Shown: positions 61,071-64,000 of the stretch, in pieces
How the letters are laid out: the number at the start of each line of letters is the position of its first letter
How positions within the stretch are numbered: position 1 is the stretch's first letter
The notes under the pieces: model-generated
The model's database searches: none
Seen by the model: the letters and a program-made list of their open reading frames with translations, nothing else
Told to the model about the DNA's origin: nothing
Made by a program: the position numbers and the translations under genes
Assembly (NCBI GenBank): GCA_965217585.1
Contig: OZ244561.1
Span: 5,696,001-5,760,000 of the forward strand
Reading direction: 5' to 3'
DNA from: Candidatus Latescibacterota bacterium
Lineage (GTDB): Bacteria; Latescibacterota; UBA2968; UBA8231
DNA length: 64,000 nucleotides

Positions 61071-62135
61071 TTAAGCGGCCACCGGCATGGGCAGTTCCAC
61101 TCCCAACTCGGCCGCCAAGTTCCCTATCTCAGCCCAAGCCTTCTCATCCACGTACAGACCATCGCGCCGCCGCGCCTGCAACCGCTGGTGTGCCCGCTCC
61201 CCGGGCAACAACACCTCGGCCACTCCGGGGGCCGGCGGACACGACTTGATCCACTCGACAAAGCCCGCGACCTCGGCGTAAAACTCGTCCAACGGCAGGA
61301 AAGCCGCGACCTTGAGCACGGCAATGAAAAGCGCGTTGCCCGTGCGCTCGGGCGCTTCTTGCGTCATCCCAACTCCGGAAAGCGACCCGGCCAAAATATC
61401 GACGAGCACGGAAAGCCCGTAGCCCTTGTGTCCGCTCTGCGGAAAACCGAGCGGCAACATGGCACCAGTCGGCGGGCCGTAGTACGCGTCCACGCTCGTC
61501 GTCGGGCGGCCCTCTGCGTCGATCAGCATCCCGGGTGGGGCGTCCTCACCCCTGTTGCGCAAAAGCCGCATATCCCCTCCGGAGATCATGCTCGTCGTCA
61601 TATCTAAGAGCACCGGCCACGCGCCGCCGGTCGGAATGCCGCAGCAGATTGGATTCGTCGGCAGGCGACGGCTACGGCCGCCAAAGGGAGCCACCGACCA
61701 ATCGCCGCCGTGGCCATTGGCCGCGATGAGGCCGATGCAACCGGCGCGGGTAGCGATCTCGGCGAAACGCCCCAACCGCGCCACGTGGTTGCAGTCGCGC
61801 ACCCCTGCGACCGCCACCGCACCGTCGCCGACCTTGTCCAGCACCCAACGCATGGCCTCGGTCGCGGTCACCGGGCCGTAGTTCCACTGGCCGCTTAGCC
61901 GCCCCCCGCTCTCGCTTTCGTCCAACACCACCAACTCGGCCCCAGGCTCAACTTGGCCGTCGCGCACCATATTCACGTATTGGGGCAGCCGCAACACGCT
62001 GTGGGTATCGTGCCCCATCAGCCCGGCTTCGACCAAGTGCTCGGCCACCAACGCGGCGTCGGCCAAGGGGACGCCGACCTGCCGCAAGCAAGCCCGCGCC
62101 AGCCTATCGAGATCTTCGGCGCGCAAGGTGGGCAC
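61071..62135 (-). CDS. Ldh_2 family (malate/L-lactate/sulfolactate dehydrogenase-like) oxidoreductase
   Basis: GHDTHS, NHVARLG, TNPI, LDMTTS, HKGYGL, LLPGE. Confidence 0.88.
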   Translation of the reverse strand: MPTLRAEDLDRLARACLRQVGVPLADAALVAEHLVEAGLMGHDTHSVLRLPQYVNMVRDGQVEPGAELVVLDESESGGRLSGQWNYGPVTATEAMRWVLDKVGDGAVAVAGVRDCNHVARLGRFAEIATRAGCIGLIAANGHGGDWSVAPFGGRSRRLPTNPICCGIPTGGAWPVLLDMTTSMISGGDMRLLRNRGEDAPPGMLIDAEGRPTTSVDAYYGPPTGAMLPLGFPQSGHKGYGLSVLVDILAGSLSGVGMTQEAPERTGNALFIAVLKVAAFLPLDEFYAEVAGFVEWIKSCPPAPGVAEVLLPGERAHQRLQARRRDGLYVDEKAWAEIGNLAAELGVELPMPVAA

Positions 62136-63301
62136 TAGGGCAACTCCTCGTCCCAAGCGGCCGCCACGACCAATAGGGCGTTGGCCACCGGGCGCTCACC
62201 TGTGGGATCGGATGGCTTGTTGACCACCTGCTCTTCTACGACCATCGTCGTCGAGCCGCCGCCATCGAGGTTCAGCCCCTGATAGGCGTTGATCTTGGCG
62301 CGGGAAAATTCGGCCAAGCGCGTGCGCATAAATTCGGCCAACTCCTGCAAACTCATGCCAACGCTGTACCCTGGCTGCCGCCCATCGACCGCAATCAGAA
62401 AGAGCACCTGCTCATCTTGGGAATATCCAATGGCCGTGCGCGGGTGTCGCTTGTCGGCAAAGCTGCGGCTGAGCCGTTCATTTTCTACTTCAATGGATAC
62501 TGCGCCGTTGCGCAGGATGCGCGGGCCGCCACTGATGGCTTCCATTAGCTTGGCGTGGGCAGGCGCCAGCCGACAATACAGCTGCACCGTGTCGCCCAAG
62601 GCGATCTGTTCCGTCGCCTCGTATTCAGCGCCAGCGGCCAACAGCCATTGGTCGCGCTGGAGGGACAGCGGCCAAGCCTCCCGCCGGATTTGTTGAACCC
62701 GCAAGGAAATCGTGTCGTTGGCAATGGAGGTGTTGCCCAGCCCTTGCAACAAAAAGCCCGTGGCTGCTTGTAGCGAATCCCCTTGCCCCTGAGCGCGATC
62801 GTTGAATACGGACAGTTCCCCTAGCGCTGGCTCGCGGTTAAAGCCCGCGACGAGCAGGTGCTCGCCCTCAGCCGTCAACATGCCCCATTCCATCTTGTAT
62901 ACTGCAATCAAGGGCTGGCCCGCCTCGGTAATGGCAAAGGCCGAGCGTCGCTGTGGGATGCGGATGAGATTGCCGGACTCGATGTACAACCCGGCTGGCT
63001 GGCTGGACTCACCGGGAAATAAAAAGTCCCCGTTTATGGCCGCTAAAGCGCCGGCGGCCAAGCTACTGGTCTTTTGCGCCTCTTCCTGCTTGGCCGTGCG
63101 TACGCGGATGCCCGCCGCCCAAGCGCGCGGCAGATCCACTTCCACCACGTGTATCCGCCACGGCCCCTCGGGCAGGTGGATCTCGTGGTACACCACCCCG
63201 GGCGCTAGCTCCTCGGTGTTTTCCCGGGCGCAACTCCAACTCAAGCACCACGCGAGAATCGCGAGGACGAGGCGCGTGGACGCCTTATGCAGTATAGCCA
63301 A
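62135..63301 (-). CDS. Phosphodiester glycosidase (NAGPA) family protein, secreted
   Basis: AAINGDF, GGP, HPRTAIG, VDGRQ, NLDGGGST. Confidence 0.88.
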   Translation of the reverse strand: MAILHKASTRLVLAILAWCLSWSCARENTEELAPGVVYHEIHLPEGPWRIHVVEVDLPRAWAAGIRVRTAKQEEAQKTSSLAAGALAAINGDFLFPGESSQPAGLYIESGNLIRIPQRRSAFAITEAGQPLIAVYKMEWGMLTAEGEHLLVAGFNREPALGELSVFNDRAQGQGDSLQAATGFLLQGLGNTSIANDTISLRVQQIRREAWPLSLQRDQWLLAAGAEYEATEQIALGDTVQLYCRLAPAHAKLMEAISGGPRILRNGAVSIEVENERLSRSFADKRHPRTAIGYSQDEQVLFLIAVDGRQPGYSVGMSLQELAEFMRTRLAEFSRAKINAYQGLNLDGGGSTTMVVEEQVVNKPSDPTGERPVANALLVVAAAWDEELP

Positions 63302-63466
63302 AAGAAGCGTACCTCAGCGGCAAGGGGACGAGCGGTGCGCTATGGCATTGCGCGTTGAAAGCGTCCAAAGGTAGCCCTGCGCTGAAACCGTGTCAATTTT
63401 TTCTGCCGACTGGCCCGGCCGCAGGCCAAGCCCTTTATTTTAGACAAAAATAGAGAAAGGACTCCG

Positions 63467-64000
63467 ATGAAAGCCATACTTGTAGGGTTGGGCGGCAGGG
63501 GCCGCTATTGGCTCGGCCAATGCCAGAAGCAACCGAGCGTCGATGTGGTCGCCTGCGTCGAACCCTTCGCGCCCAACCGCCAGCGCGCTATAGACGACCT
63601 CGGCTTCGCCACTGACCGGATATACGACAACCTCGGCCAAGCCCTCGACGCGGTACAAGCCGACTTCGTCCTCGACGTGACGCCGCCAGCCATCCACGAA
63701 GAAATCGCCATGCAGACCTTTGCCGCGGGCCTACACTTGCTCGGGGAAAAGCCCCTCAGCGATCAGTACGAGGCTGCCCAGCGCGTGGTGAAGGCCGGTA
63801 CCCAAGCCGGCGTCGCGCACATGATCACTCAGAACTACCGGTTCAACGGCCTGCCGCGCACGACTCGCCGCCTGCTCACCGAAGACCTCATCGGCCCGAT
63901 CGGTCAGCTCGATGTCTCGCTCTACGTCAATTGGGCCGACTCGCCCGGCTCGCATTACGTCACCGAGCCGTATATGTTCCTCACGGACATGGGTATTCAC
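63467..64000 (+). CDS. Gfo/Idh/MocA family oxidoreductase (partial, runs off the window)
   Basis: Not in the ORF track. MKAILVGLGGRG..., HLLGEKPLS, QNYR, DMGIH. Confidence 0.85.
   Translation, partial: MKAILVGLGGRGRYWLGQCQKQPSVDVVACVEPFAPNRQRAIDDLGFATDRIYDNLGQALDAVQADFVLDVTPPAIHEEIAMQTFAAGLHLLGEKPLSDQYEAAQRVVKAGTQAGVAHMITQNYRFNGLPRTTRRLLTEDLIGPIGQLDVSLYVNWADSPGSHYVTEPYMFLTDMGIH

Noticed and set aside
1-64000. CRISPR array, rRNA or tRNA genes
   Set aside because: No regularly spaced repeats or recognisable rRNA/tRNA sequence seen by eye; tRNAscan and CRISPR finders were not run

Overview
64 kb window of a GC-rich bacterial chromosome. The gene content (UBact-proteasome operon, FlgD/T9SS-like C-terminal domains, several Gfo/Idh/MocA oxidoreductases, PhyH and sulfatase genes, an 'SWGSLK' C-terminal motif) suggests Ca. 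Latescibacterota/Handelsmanbacteria or a related lineage; this is inference. Housekeeping genes are tyrS, guaA, nadB, gatB and lepB. A complete arc-dop-ubact-prcB-prcA-pafA operon lies at 52.8-59.2 kb, and an IS with perfect 21-bp inverted repeats at 17.3-18.6 kb. A defence hotspot at 32.5-47.3 kb is made of two tandem modules that end in the same ~242-bp repeat. Module 1 carries a DUF262 + HEPN pair followed by an unannotated structured ~125-nt RNA with its own promoter and terminator. Module 2 is a type I R-M operon (HTH-hsdM, hsdS, hsdR, ygjP-like) with a catalytically inactive long-type prokaryotic Argonaute, a stand-alone SIR2 gene and AIPR nested inside. The Argonaute is PIWI-truncated and runs directly into the SIR2 frame. 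Also missing from the ORF track is a Tyr-Tyr-Tyr leader peptide with attenuator hairpins upstream of tyrS. All calls come from reading the sequence and recognising motifs; no database searches were run.
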